From a virus (lineage: Duplodnaviria > Caudoviricetes), in IMG/VR virus record IMGVR_UViG_3300048502_000142, positions 1 through 64,000 of that record: DNA of 64,000 nucleotides; one strand, written 5' to 3'. Positions 45,877 to 55,833 of this stretch are shown here, in pieces (position 1 is the stretch's first letter; every line of letters begins with the position of its first letter). Under the pieces are notes generated by a model, which was not told the DNA's origin, searched no databases, and saw nothing but the letters and a program-made list of their open reading frames with translations. The position numbers and the translations under genes are program-made.

Positions 45877-47280
45877 GTGCCTACGCCCTACCCGCACCAG
45901 CTCGACGGCGTGCGCTTCCTGCACGCGCGGGACGGACGCGCGCTCATAGCTGACGAACCCGGGCTCGGAAAGACCGGAACTACCCTGCTGTGGCTCAACG
46001 AGCGGCCGGAGCTGGAGCCCACCGTGATCGTGTGTCCGGCGACGATGCGGTCGGTCTGGGCGCGCGAGATAAAGATGTGGCGGGGGCAGTCCGCCTTCCT
46101 GCCCGTCGGAGAAACCCCCGACCCTGCGGCCTACGCCGGTCAGCCCTTCGTGATCGTCCACTACGATATCTTGGCGGGCGACTCGACGATCGACAAGTCT
46201 ACCCACCGGATCGTCGTCGGGGAGAACTCGTGGCTCGCACACCTGCGGGCGCTCAAGCCGCAGTGCGTCGTAGTGGACGAGGGGCACCTGATAAAGTCAA
46301 CCGCTGCTATGCGGTCGAAGGCGGTTCGCGCGCTCTGCCGCGGCGTCCGGCACGTGATCGTGCTGACCGGCACGCCGATCGTGAACCGCCCGGTCGAGGC
46401 CTACAACATCGTCCAGCTCGTCGCCCGGCCGGAGGACGGTATTCCCCCGTGGCCGACCTTCACTCGGAAATTTTGCGATCCCAAGCACAATGGGTTCGCT
46501 ATGAACTACGGTGGGGCGAAGAACGTCGAACAGCTGAATAGCCTGCTGCTAAAGACGGTCATGCTTCGACGCCGCAAGGCCGACGTTCTCGACGACCTGC
46601 CAGCGAAGGTGCGCCAGGTCGTGCCGCTCCGCCTGTCGAACCGGGGGGATTATCTGGAGGCCGAGAACGACTACCTCAACTACGTGCGGCAGACCGAGGG
46701 CGCAACGGCCGCGACGCGCGCGGGACGCGCCGAGGCGATCACGCGGATCAACAAGCTGCGTGGGCTCGCGGCGGCCGGGAAGCTGGACGAGGCGATCGAG
46801 TGGATCGAGGACGCGCTGGAGACGAACGGAAAGCTGATCGTCTTCGCCGTGCGTCGGTCAATCCTAGACCGGCTGTCCGCACACTTCGGGAGGCGCTCGG
46901 TCCGCATCGACGGGGACGTCCCGCAGGCTGAGCGCGGGGGAATCGTCGACCGGTTCCAGAGTGATCCGAAAGTCGGGCTGTTCCTGGGGCAGATGCAGGC
47001 CGCCGGCGTCGGCATCACCCTCACGGCCGCGTCGAACGTCGCCTTCCTCGAATTTCCGTGGACGCCGGTGGACCTCATACAGGCGGAGGACAGAGCGCAT
47101 CGCATCGGGCAGCGCGACGTCGTCAACGTACACTACCTCGTGGCGGAGGGGACTGTTGACGAGCAGCTAATGAAACTGCTCGACGCAAAGCGGGCGGTGA
47201 TCGAGCGGCTCGTGGACGGTGAGATCGACGGGAGCCCGACGGTCCTCCAGGACCTGCTCCGCGGGTGGCGGACGGCGTAG
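45877..47280 (+). CDS. Second SNF2/SMARCAL1-like helicase
   Basis: PYPHQ, ADEPGLGKT, VDEGH, LTGTPIVNRP, QAEDRAHRIGQ. Confidence 0.93.
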   Translation: MPTPYPHQLDGVRFLHARDGRALIADEPGLGKTGTTLLWLNERPELEPTVIVCPATMRSVWAREIKMWRGQSAFLPVGETPDPAAYAGQPFVIVHYDILAGDSTIDKSTHRIVVGENSWLAHLRALKPQCVVVDEGHLIKSTAAMRSKAVRALCRGVRHVIVLTGTPIVNRPVEAYNIVQLVARPEDGIPPWPTFTRKFCDPKHNGFAMNYGGAKNVEQLNSLLLKTVMLRRRKADVLDDLPAKVRQVVPLRLSNRGDYLEAENDYLNYVRQTEGATAATRAGRAEAITRINKLRGLAAAGKLDEAIEWIEDALETNGKLIVFAVRRSILDRLSAHFGRRSVRIDGDVPQAERGGIVDRFQSDPKVGLFLGQMQAAGVGITLTAASNVAFLEFPWTPVDLIQAEDRAHRIGQRDVVNVHYLVAEGTVDEQLMKLLDAKRAVIERLVDGEIDGSPTVLQDLLRGWRTA

Positions 47281-47284
47281 GGTG

Positions 47285-47306
47285 ATTTTGCGGTTTACCG
47301 CAAAAT
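47285..47306. promoter_or_regulatory. Palindromic operator, copy 2
   Basis: ATTTTGCGG-TTTA-CCGCAAAAT, followed by TGGACG-N17-TAGTGT. Confidence 0.75.
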
Positions 47307-47360
47307 AGTGATGGACGCGGCCGGGACGGTCGCTTAGTGTGAGGACATCGGAAGCGGGAG

Positions 47361-47627
47361 ATGCCCATGTCGGTCGACGAGGCGTTGTGTGTGATCTACG
47401 ACGCGTGTGTGCGCTTCGACGCCGCGCTCCGCGAGGCTGGGCTGCACCGCGCCTACGTGTCCACCGGCACCCTGCATGGTCAGACTTACCTGGTCATGCA
47501 CCCGGAGGACCCCCGCAGAGAGGCCCGCTGGTGCCGGACGGAGGACGAGGCCGAGCAGGTGGTGGACGCGCTCGTCCGCGCCAAGAGGGCGCGGGATCGG
47601 CTGATGCACGTCGGAGAGGTCGGATGA
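47361..47627 (+). CDS. Hypothetical protein
   Basis: Downstream of the promoter; GGAG RBS. Confidence 0.6.
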   Translation: MPMSVDEALCVIYDACVRFDAALREAGLHRAYVSTGTLHGQTYLVMHPEDPRREARWCRTEDEAEQVVDALVRAKRARDRLMHVGEVG

Positions 47628-47937
47628 TCGCCGTGCCGCCGCCGGACGGGAATCCGCAGCCCTCCCCCGAGGGACGACGCCTCGCTGAGTGGAGGGGTTA
47701 TCTAAGCGTTCAGTCGTGGGCACTCGGCGAATTGGCAAAGATCCGGCACGCCGAGTCTCGTATGGAAGAACTTGCGAGGGAACGGAAATGATCTCCCGCC
47801 GCCGCCTCGATCGTCACGCGAACCGCGTCGCGATCGGGGTCGAGAACGCCATCGAGTGGTGGGGCGCGCTCGTCGGACACTGCTGCAACGGCACTATCGT
47901 CGTCGTGGCGTTGCTATTGATCTGTGGAGCGGTGTGA

Positions 47938-48344
47938 TGGACAAGATGCAAACTTCCGACCCGCGTGAAGTCGTCTTCGTCGCGAAGCGAGATCCGGCGC
48001 CGGAGGAGGTCGAACTGTTTCGCGCCGCTGCTCGACATCCCGAGCCGGCCCGCAGCGTCCTGCTTTACGGGTCGGCCCTGCCGGTCGACGTGCGGTCCAT
48101 CCGGGTTCCTGTCGGCGGCCCCGGCCTCATGTCGTCCTACGGCGCCCGCCTGCGGCAGCCGGTCGAGGTCCGGGACGAGACGGGGGCGGTCGACCCGCTG
48201 CTGTCGCGGCTCGCCACGAAAGACCGGGCGAACGCGGATGTGCTCCTCTCGTCCGCCGTCCTCGTGATCCGCGGGCTGCTCCGGGGTGTCGCCGACACGC
48301 GGGATGCGATTGACCTGCTCGCCGCGATCGAGGGAATGGGGTGA
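47938..48344 (+). CDS. Hypothetical protein
   Basis: MDKMQTSD..., immediately after the upstream stop. Confidence 0.55.
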
Positions 48345-48772
48345 TGACCGACGCATCGAAATTTCACTTCCCGTCGCCGGTGCCCACCCGGCCGCCGCGA
48401 GCCAGACAGCACTGCCGGCACTACGACTACGAGACCGGCATGACGGGGCGCGGACCGATCTGCGGCCTCGCCATCGACCTGTCGGCGCCCCGCGCGGCGC
48501 TACGGTGCATGCCACCAGACAGCACGCAGGGCGAGACCTGCGAAAAGCGCGAGGACTGGACCAGCAAGGAACGCGCGGCGTGGCAAGCCTGGCTCGAAGA
48601 GCACACGGCGCGGACGGCCATCGTTATGGCCGTGATCCCGGCCAAGGGCTATTCCGGAAACCTGCCGTGCCCAGGCTGCGGCATCGGCATGGTGAGTTGG
48701 AGTCGCACCCACTCGAACAACCACCTCCACGCGCGCTGCTCGACGCCGCATTGCTTCGCGATTATGCAATAA
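48341..48772 (+). CDS. Zn-binding hypothetical protein
   Basis: CRHY...C...CPGC...NNHLHARCSTPHC. Confidence 0.7.
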   Translation: MMTDASKFHFPSPVPTRPPRARQHCRHYDYETGMTGRGPICGLAIDLSAPRAALRCMPPDSTQGETCEKREDWTSKERAAWQAWLEEHTARTAIVMAVIPAKGYSGNLPCPGCGIGMVSWSRTHSNNHLHARCSTPHCFAIMQ

Positions 48773-48811
48773 GCACGCCGAACTCGACAAGCTGTTGAAG
48801 GAGATTAGGCA

Positions 48812-49102
48812 ATGATCGAACAGACCGCACGGGATCTGGAAGCCGCACTGGCGCTGATACCGGAGGGGAAGTGGGGGAAGGGGCTACCAATGAGCCGGTC
48901 ACCGCACTGTCTTTGCACACTGGAAGCCATCGAACTTGTCGTGGATGAGGATTTCAACCGCTACATAGCCGCGCGCGAAGCCCTGTTCCCGATCATCGGT
49001 GAGAGCGCCGTAATAGACTGGAACGACGCCCCCGAGCGCACCCACGCGGAGGTAGTCGAGGCTTTTCAGAAGGCCATTGCGGCAGAGAGGGCGAAGGGAT
49101 GA
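48812..49102 (+). CDS. Hypothetical phage protein
   Basis: AAGGAG RBS; CLCTLEAI...WNDAPERTHAEVVEAF motif common in phages. Confidence 0.75.
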   Translation: MIEQTARDLEAALALIPEGKWGKGLPMSRSPHCLCTLEAIELVVDEDFNRYIAAREALFPIIGESAVIDWNDAPERTHAEVVEAFQKAIAAERAKG

Positions 49103-49338
49103 GCAACGCAAAACTTCAGCGTCTTATCGACCGCACCGTAAAGGCCAACAACGATTTCCAGCGCGCTCAATCAGTTCTCATGGAGGAATGCCTCAAGCGT
49201 TACGGGCATGAGCCGGGGGATGTGGATTGTGATGCAATCATCGATTCGGTGCTTGGCGGTTGCGGCGTTTCGGACGGAATGAGTGCCGAAGACTTTGATC
49301 GGGAAATGAGCGCGGCAGTTTCAAGGAAAAGGCCATGA
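49099..49338 (+). CDS. Hypothetical protein
   Basis: ATGA translational coupling. Confidence 0.65.
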   Translation: MSNAKLQRLIDRTVKANNDFQRAQSVLMEECLKRYGHEPGDVDCDAIIDSVLGGCGVSDGMSAEDFDREMSAAVSRKRP

Positions 49339-49516
49339 CCCAGGATCTAAAGATTACCGATCTGCGCGCGGGCGACCGAGTGCAGCGCGGCAGGGCGAGA
49401 TCGACGGCGACTTCCGCTCGATCCTCTATCGCATACGGCAACTAGCGCCGCCGGAATCGACCGAGGAAGAAACCGCCGAATCCGTCGACAGCAGCGATTG
49501 AAGGAGGAATTGCATC

Positions 49517-49666
49517 ATGAAGCCGATCAAGGGTCAGTACCGCCAGGGCGACGTTCTTCTGACGCCGGCCAAGGAAATTCCGGCCGGCGACGGCTGTGGC
49601 GATGACGGCGATCCTGTCGCGAAGCCGGGGCGCAGCGAATTTTGGCGAACGGGGCAGCCGCAGTGA
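49517..49666 (+). pseudogene. Truncated 'RQGDV' small phage protein
   Basis: AGGAGG RBS; MKPIKGQYRQGDVLL...IPAG then an abrupt switch to unrelated sequence. Confidence 0.5.
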
Positions 49667-49805
49667 CCGTCGTCATTCCCCACCAATCCGCACCCGTTCT
49701 GCCCCACTACAATCCGCTGGTCGCGCCGACCAAGGAGGCACTGCTGACCGACCAGGGTTGGCCCCCCCCATTCACCTTCTATCCAACAACTTGATGAGGC
49801 ATCCT

Positions 49806-50084
49806 ATGTCACTGAAACCTGTAATTGTCCGCACCTATTCCGCAGGCGTCCATTTCGGCTACCTCGCCAGCCGGGATGGTAAGGAAGTCACGCTCGAACG
49901 CTCGCGCCGCATCTGGCGCTGGTATGGTGCTTGGACGCTGTCCGAAATCGCAACCAGCGGCCTCGACGCGAAGCGCAGCAAGGTCGCGGCGCCGGTCAAC
50001 ATCACCCTGACCGAGGCGGTCGAAATCATCGACTGCACCCCGGCAGCGGTCGAGTCGATCGAGAGCGCAAAATGGGTGGAGTAA
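49806..50084 (+). CDS. Conserved small phage protein (DUF6948-like)
   Basis: VIVRTYSAGVHFGYL...RRIWRW.GA.TLSEIATSG...EII. Confidence 0.75.
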   Translation: MSLKPVIVRTYSAGVHFGYLASRDGKEVTLERSRRIWRWYGAWTLSEIATSGLDAKRSKVAAPVNITLTEAVEIIDCTPAAVESIESAKWVE

Positions 50085-50329
50085 AAACTGGCCACGGCTC
50101 CGGCTCCGGCTACGGCGACGGCTCCGGCTCCGGCTACGGCGACGGCTCCGGCTCCGGCTACGGCGCCGGCGACGGCTACGGCGACGGCTACGGCTACGGC
50201 GACGGCTCAGGCTACGGCGACGGCTCAGGCTCAGGCTACGGCTCAGGCTCAGGCTACGGCGACGGCTACGGCTACGGCGACGGCTCAGGCTCCGGCGACG
50301 GCGCAGGCTCCGGCGACGGCGACGGCTGA
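50072..50329 (+). repeat. Gly-rich (G-S/Y/D)n hexanucleotide repeat ORF
   Basis: Tandem GGCTCC/GGCTAC/GGCGAC units encoding GSGYGDG... Confidence 0.85.
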
Positions 50330-50706
50330 CAGCACGGTTTCCCCAATCGCCGGCCCGGCACCCTCGCGGTGTCCGGGCCTTTCCCGGCAGGAAGCCCGGC
50401 ACCGTGCCGGACCTGGAAAGGAAGATGTGATGTCGTCTCTCGTGTTCTGCGGAAGTGTCCCATGACGACCCTCATCCCATGCAACACCTGCTTCTTCCGC
50501 CCCGGCTGCACGCTGCGGCTGGAATGGCAGGCCAAGATCCGCGGCCTGGGATTCGGCAGCGCCAAGTTCCGGGGTCCCCCGCAGGACGAGGAATACCGTC
50601 CCGGCCGGCGCGTCAGCGCCCGGATCATTGGCGCGGGTTGCGGCGGCTTCACGTCATGCCGATGCCACCCGCCCCACCCTCATCTCAGACCGAGGAGAAG
50701 ACAGAA

Positions 50707-50927
50707 TGATCGCGCATGGCTGGATTATTGTGTTCTATAGTGTTTCTTCTGGAACAATCCATTTTCCAACACCGGACGGGCTGTTCTCTAGTGAAGCGAC
50801 ATGCGACAAGCAGATCGACCGCGATCAGTCATTAGATCGCAATACGGTGTGGGGATGTTTGGAGATTGGCATTCACATGCCACCAGAATGGAATTCGCCC
50901 AAGTCTAATGAGAAGGTGAAGCCATGA
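50707..50927 (+). CDS. Small low-GC hypothetical protein
   Basis: GAGGAG RBS; MIAHGWIIVFY... Confidence 0.5.
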
Positions 50928-51167
50928 GCCGCCCCGACCTCGACGCCATAGAGGCGAAAGCGAGATGATGCAGATAGCATTCTTCTACCTGTACCACGCC
51001 TGCGTCCTAATCGCCGTCTTCTGCGCCGGATATCTGTGCGCGTCGCTGAGCGCTAAGTCGCGCTGGTGCGACGCGGGTCGCAGGTGGGATCGGATGGAAG
51101 CGTCCGCGGAGCGAGGGACGGCAGAGATCGTGCCGTTCGCGCACGTCGACCGCAGGGTCTAATATCG

Positions 51168-51197
51168 TTTGCGGTTTTCCGCAAAGCGCCGTAAGAT
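51168..51197 (+). promoter_or_regulatory. Palindromic operator copy 3 overlapping a promoter
   Basis: TTTGCGGTTTTCCGCAAA; TTGCGG-N17-TAAGAT. Confidence 0.75.
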
Positions 51198-51224
51198 TGA
51201 CGGACACGCACAGGAGGGGAGCAC

Positions 51225-51464
51225 ATGACCAAGAGGACGCTGAGGGCGCGCCTGATCGAGGCGCTAGAGACCCGAGGGTGCAAGCGGGTCGAGCATCGCA
51301 CTACGAAGTACACGGTGCTGGAGAAGCTCGAATCGATGACGGGCGGCCGGTTCTACTTCGTCGGGAAGTCGGGTTCCCTGCGGACCGGCAAGACGGTAAG
51401 TACCTCCGCATCGCTAAAGGGCTTGCCGGTCTACCTCAAGCTCCTCGAAGAGGTGCCGGCGTGA
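51225..51464 (+). CDS. Small basic hypothetical protein
   Basis: GGAGGGGAG RBS; YFVGKSGSLRTG. Confidence 0.7.
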   Translation: MTKRTLRARLIEALETRGCKRVEHRTTKYTVLEKLESMTGGRFYFVGKSGSLRTGKTVSTSASLKGLPVYLKLLEEVPA

Positions 51465-52009
51465 ACCCCGACGTCGAGCGCGCCGCCTCGTACCAGGCGC
51501 ACCGCTTCGCGCGGATCACCGGCATGGACGTGGACGACCTGATGCAGGAGTCCCGGCTCGCCGCTCTCGCCGCCGTAGGGCGCACCGCCGAGCACTACGA
51601 CCCGCGCAAGGCGTCGATGTTTACCTACCTGAGCGCGGCCATAAGCTGGCGGCTGACGGACGTGGCGAGGAAGGCCGGCCGCCGCGTCCCCACGGTGTCA
51701 ATCGACACGGCCGGCGGGGACGACGAGGAGGGGGGAGCGCGCGGCATCGAGGTCGCGGACCCGGGACCGAGCCCGGAGGACCTCGCGATCTTCCGCGACC
51801 TGCTGCGGCAGATGCCCGACGACGCGCTGGCGGTCGTTCGCCTCGTGCTCGACGACGCGTCGTCCATAGCGAACCTCGTCGACGTGCGCCGGGCGGTCGC
51901 GAGGCGGCTCGGGTGGACGGCGGACCGGGTCGAGGTCGCGGTCGCCTGCGTCGGCCTCGCGCTCTCGCGGGGAGGGATGTCGCGGCGCCGCGCACCAGCA
52001 GCGTCGTGA
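51461..52009 (+). CDS. Sigma-70-like factor
   Basis: DVDDLMQESRLA...YDPRKASMFTYL...VSID...PSPED. Confidence 0.75.
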   Translation: MNPDVERAASYQAHRFARITGMDVDDLMQESRLAALAAVGRTAEHYDPRKASMFTYLSAAISWRLTDVARKAGRRVPTVSIDTAGGDDEEGGARGIEVADPGPSPEDLAIFRDLLRQMPDDALAVVRLVLDDASSIANLVDVRRAVARRLGWTADRVEVAVACVGLALSRGGMSRRRAPAAS

Positions 52010-52015
52010 AGGTCT

Positions 52016-52294
52016 ATGCCTGACCTCCCACGCCAGTGGCTAACGACTGCCCCCAATCCGAATGTCTCGCAGACGGACCCGGACGCCGGGCAGCGGGGAT
52101 GGTGCCTGCACGCGGTCAAGGCGACAGAGGATACGTCGTTGTCCGACATCCGGCATCGCCAGGCCGCGTGCGGGTTGCGACCGCGTCACGGCTGGGGACT
52201 AGATCTATTCATCTCTACGCCGTGCCGGCGGTGTGTCTCGAAGGTAGGGGGATGGGTCGAGATTACCGGCATCTGGAGGCGGACGCGTGCCTGA
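52016..52294 (+). CDS. Hypothetical Zn-binding protein
   Basis: LHAV...ACGLRP...CRRC. Confidence 0.6.
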   Translation: MPDLPRQWLTTAPNPNVSQTDPDAGQRGWCLHAVKATEDTSLSDIRHRQAACGLRPRHGWGLDLFISTPCRRCVSKVGGWVEITGIWRRTRA

Positions 52295-53228
52295 CCTCCC
52301 CACCGTACTCCGACAGCACGGGGTCACCCTTGAGCAGCCGGGCTCGGACCGACACGTCCGCCTCGGCTGGTTGGGACACGTTTGCCCCTGGTGCGCGGGC
52401 TCGTTCGGCTATCACCTCGGGTTCAACGTCGAGAAGGGGTACTTCCGCTGCTGGCGTTGCGGTTTTCACCCTACGCGCGACGTCATCCAGAAACTCTGTC
52501 ACGTCGACCGATCCACGGCGATCGATATCCTGCGGTCGGCGGACGGCCCGAACCGCGGGCGCAACCGCCGGCTCGACCAGCTCGTTCAGAAGAGGATCGG
52601 GCTGCACCGGTACCGCCGCCCGAGCGGGGTAGCGCCGCTCGCCGCGAACCACCGGAGCTACCTCGCCAGCCGGGGCTTCGACCCGGACAGGGTCGCCGAG
52701 GAGTGGGGGATCGAGGGCACCGGCCCGGTGTCGTCCCTGGACGGGATCGACTACCGGTTCCGGCTGTTCGTCCCCATCCACTGGGACGGGACGGAGGTAT
52801 CATTCCAGACCCGCGACGTCACCGGCAAGTCGGACGCCAAGTACGTGTCGTGCCCGCCGGAGCGCGAGCTGGTCACGCACAAGGACGTCGTCTACCGGCA
52901 CCCGGACTATGGCGGGAGGCTGGGCCTGGCCGTCGAGGGTGTGACCGACGCCTGGCGCTTGGGACCGATCGCGTTCGCGACGTTCGGCACGTCCTTCAAG
53001 GTCGAGCAGGTGCGGGCAATAGCCGGCCTGTACTCGTCGGTTGCTGTCCTGTTCGACGCCGAGCGCGCCGCGCAGCAGCGGGCGGACAGGCTGGTAAGGA
53101 TGCTCGGCGACGTGGGCGTGCGGGCGACGTCCTTCCTGCTAGACGGCGACGACGACCCCGGCAGCATGTCGGACGACGACGCAGCTAGGGCGGTCGAGGC
53201 GGTGATAGAGTGGGACGCGCGCGGATAG
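52287..53228 (+). CDS. DNA primase (Zn finger + TOPRIM)
   Basis: CPWC...CWRC; YLASRG; VEGVTDAW, LFDAE, DDDPG. Confidence 0.88.
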   Translation: MPDLPTVLRQHGVTLEQPGSDRHVRLGWLGHVCPWCAGSFGYHLGFNVEKGYFRCWRCGFHPTRDVIQKLCHVDRSTAIDILRSADGPNRGRNRRLDQLVQKRIGLHRYRRPSGVAPLAANHRSYLASRGFDPDRVAEEWGIEGTGPVSSLDGIDYRFRLFVPIHWDGTEVSFQTRDVTGKSDAKYVSCPPERELVTHKDVVYRHPDYGGRLGLAVEGVTDAWRLGPIAFATFGTSFKVEQVRAIAGLYSSVAVLFDAERAAQQRADRLVRMLGDVGVRATSFLLDGDDDPGSMSDDDAARAVEAVIEWDARG

Positions 53229-53290
53229 GGCCGCGCGCGGCGGCCTCTTGCTCCGGTCCTCACATTTTCGTCTCGTCCTTACGAAAAGTG

Positions 53291-53320
53291 TTTGCGGTTT
53301 TCCGCAAAGAGTCGTATGAC
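53291..53320 (+). promoter_or_regulatory. Palindromic operator copy 4 overlapping a promoter
   Basis: TTTGCGGTTTTCCGCAAA; TTGCGG-N17-TATGAC. Confidence 0.75.
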
Positions 53321-53359
53321 TATCCGCACGGACGAACCGATCCGGCACGGAGAGACGCG

Positions 53360-53833
53360 ATGAAGATCGCGCTGCGGAAGGTCACGAAGAACGAGCGCAT
53401 GAGCGAGGAGACGTACTGCTTCTCGGCGGACGTATGGATCGACGGCGCCAAGGCCGGCGAGGTCTCGAACCGCGGCTGCGGCGGACCGAACGACTACCAC
53501 CCAACCTCCCTGTGGCAGAGGCTTGAAGAGCACGCGAAAACGCTCCCGCCCGTCGTGTCGAAATACACTGATGATACGTTTCCGTCGACCGCGGACATCG
53601 TGATCGGCGACCTGCTGGAACTCGAGCTCGCGCGCAAGGACGCGAAGCGGGCGATGTCCGGGAAGATCCTCTTCACGAAGGTCGGGAAGGCCGGCATATG
53701 GGGCATGAAGAAGCCGGCCGGCTGCACCGACGATACGATCCGGACCTTCGCGGCGAAGGCGAAGGGGATCGACCGGGTGTTGAACCTGCTGCCGCTCGAC
53801 GAGGCGGTCGCGCTTTACCGCTCCGCCGCCTGA
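53360..53833 (+). CDS. Hypothetical phage protein
   Basis: GGAGA RBS; MSEETYCFSA...NRGCGGP. Confidence 0.75.
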   Translation: MKIALRKVTKNERMSEETYCFSADVWIDGAKAGEVSNRGCGGPNDYHPTSLWQRLEEHAKTLPPVVSKYTDDTFPSTADIVIGDLLELELARKDAKRAMSGKILFTKVGKAGIWGMKKPAGCTDDTIRTFAAKAKGIDRVLNLLPLDEAVALYRSAA

Positions 53834-53850
53834 CGGGAGGTACCTATTAA

Positions 53851-54966
53851 ATGCGGTATCTCGCGGCGACGACCATGTTCGACCGGTACCTCCTCGGAAA
53901 GCCGGACGTCCACATCGATCGCAGGGTGCGCGACGGCGTGCAGTCCGGCCTCCGGAAGGCGAAGCGGTTCGTGCTCGACGCGGAGGCCTCCGCCCAGGTG
54001 GGCCGCTTCGTCGTCGAGCACCGGGAGGGTGTCTTCGATGCGTTCCGGAATGTGCGCGTGCCGTACCCCGACCTCTACGTCGAGATGGACACGATCGCTT
54101 TCAACGACGCGATAGGGCCGATATCTACGGCGGATGTCACGGGCATGGAGCGGGATAGCCACTGCGGCTACCTATTCACTGGGAACACCGTTAATGTTAT
54201 TGCCGAGAGCACAACAAAGCCTCCGGTTCTTACCGGCCTCGCCTATCGTCTGAACACCCTAGGGCAGGACGCCGATGTTGACTACATGATCGAGCGTCTC
54301 GGCGGCAAGATCACCGAGAGGCACCTCGCGCACACGCTCGGCAGCAGCATCAACGGCATCAGTACGAAAGACGCATTCGAGCTGGTCAAGCGACACGCCT
54401 GGCACCTGACGGTCACCGGCCGCGCGAGGAGCGAGGTCGACCGGGATCTCGTCGGCTACCTGACGAACTCGAACGGCGAGCTGCGCAACATCGTGAGCCT
54501 GCTGCACCTGCTCAATCAAGAGCGCGTCGTCGAGGAGCGGCCCGGCCGCGAGGTCGCGGAGCGCCACCTGCACAAGGGGAAGAACAGTCAGTTCCACGTC
54601 TACCGGAAGCTCATCCTACACCTCGACCGGGTCGTCGTCCGGACCGAGCGACCTCCCGAGGGAGCGGCCGATCGCCCGCACCCACGCTGGCACGAGGTCC
54701 GCGGGCACTGGTGCCACAACAGGAAGGCACACGAGGCGACGGCGATCGGCTGCATCCACGACTGGCTCGACCTGTCGCCGACGTCCCAGTTGTGCAACAG
54801 GTGCCACGGGAAGCGCTGGTGGCGCGAGCTGCCGAACGGCAGGGGAGACAAATCGGCCGGTACCGTGATAAAAGATTACGAGGTTAGGGGAATGTCGCCC
54901 GCGCCGGTCGTTACCTTCGAAGAGATCGACGAGGCGCTCGCGCGACGAAGAGGAGATCGGGCATGA
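53851..54966 (+). CDS. Hypothetical protein with HxVRGHW motif
   Basis: GGAGG RBS; PRWHEVRGHW...C.H...C..C. Confidence 0.75.
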   Translation: MRYLAATTMFDRYLLGKPDVHIDRRVRDGVQSGLRKAKRFVLDAEASAQVGRFVVEHREGVFDAFRNVRVPYPDLYVEMDTIAFNDAIGPISTADVTGMERDSHCGYLFTGNTVNVIAESTTKPPVLTGLAYRLNTLGQDADVDYMIERLGGKITERHLAHTLGSSINGISTKDAFELVKRHAWHLTVTGRARSEVDRDLVGYLTNSNGELRNIVSLLHLLNQERVVEERPGREVAERHLHKGKNSQFHVYRKLILHLDRVVVRTERPPEGAADRPHPRWHEVRGHWCHNRKAHEATAIGCIHDWLDLSPTSQLCNRCHGKRWWRELPNGRGDKSAGTVIKDYEVRGMSPAPVVTFEEIDEALARRRGDRA

Positions 54967-55196
54967 GCAAGCCCGAGCACGCCGTCGCCGGGTCGTCGCA
55001 GATCGCGCGCCTAGCCTATGACGAGGAGACGTCGGAGCTGACGACCGACTTCCGTGGCACAGTCTACGTCTACGAGGGCGTGCCGATGTCGACCTACGAC
55101 CGGCTCGTCGCAATCGACAAGGCCGGCGAGAGCGTGGGGTCGGCGCACGCGAAGCTCGTCAAGAGGGTCGGCTACAAGTTCCGGAAGCTGGACTAG
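54963..55196 (+). CDS. KTSC domain protein
   Basis: SSQIARLAYD...L...F...YVYEGVP...SVGS. Confidence 0.85.
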   Translation: MSKPEHAVAGSSQIARLAYDEETSELTTDFRGTVYVYEGVPMSTYDRLVAIDKAGESVGSAHAKLVKRVGYKFRKLD

Positions 55197-55205
55197 GGAC
55201 GCGAC

Positions 55206-55502
55206 ATGACGATCGGTTCGGTGCTGAGGGAGGCGAGGGAGCGGTCGGGGCTTAGCCTGCGGGAGGTCGGGGAGCGCCTCGGCATGTCGCTCTGGTCATG
55301 GAACCGCGTCGAGACCGGCGAGCGCGCCTTCGACCCCGACTGGATCGTCCTCCTGCCGGCGCCGATCGCGCACGCCGCGGCGACCGCGTGGGTCGAGAAG
55401 CTCCGGGAGGACATCGATAACGTCCTGGGGGCGATGGAGAGGGTCGAGACGAAGAGAGCCCCGTACGGGTTCGTACGGGGCTCTCGGGGGAACGCGGCCT
55501 AG
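55206..55502 (+). CDS. XRE-family HTH regulator
   Basis: LREARERSGLSLREVGERLGMS...WNRVETGER. Confidence 0.85.
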   Translation: MTIGSVLREARERSGLSLREVGERLGMSLWSWNRVETGERAFDPDWIVLLPAPIAHAAATAWVEKLREDIDNVLGAMERVETKRAPYGFVRGSRGNAA

Positions 55503-55569
55503 GATGCCCGGAGTAGTCCCGACGCGTCCAGGCGACCGGGAAAACCGGGTTTCCGTCGACGTCTATCTC

Positions 55570-55833
55570 CTAGGGGATCGAGGACGCCTGCCCGGCCTGG
55601 CCCAGGCTCGGGGGCGTCCAGGGGACCACGACCTCGACCGCCACGAACCCTACTAGGCCGCTCGGATTCGGGTTCTGCCTGACTGCCTCGATCGCGACCT
55701 GACCGACCTGGCCGCTCGGATTCGGGTTCTGCCTGACTGCCTCGATCGCGACCTGACCGACCTCGGCGGAGGGGTTGGCGCTCTGCCTGACGACCTCGAT
55801 CCCCTGCTGGCCGACGAGTCCGCTCGTCATCAC
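55570..55833 (-). CDS. Small tail-associated repeat protein
   Basis: Perfect 54-bp tandem repeat at 55656-55763 (VGQVAIEAVRQNPNPSG). Confidence 0.7.
   Translation of the reverse strand: MMTSGLVGQQGIEVVRQSANPSAEVGQVAIEAVRQNPNPSGQVGQVAIEAVRQNPNPSGLVGFVAVEVVVPWTPPSLGQAGQASSIP

Noticed and set aside
50090-55763. CRISPR array or diversity-generating retroelement from the tandem repeats
   Set aside because: The repeats are coding, with no spacers; no cas or reverse transcriptase gene and no adenine-specific TR/VR pair seen
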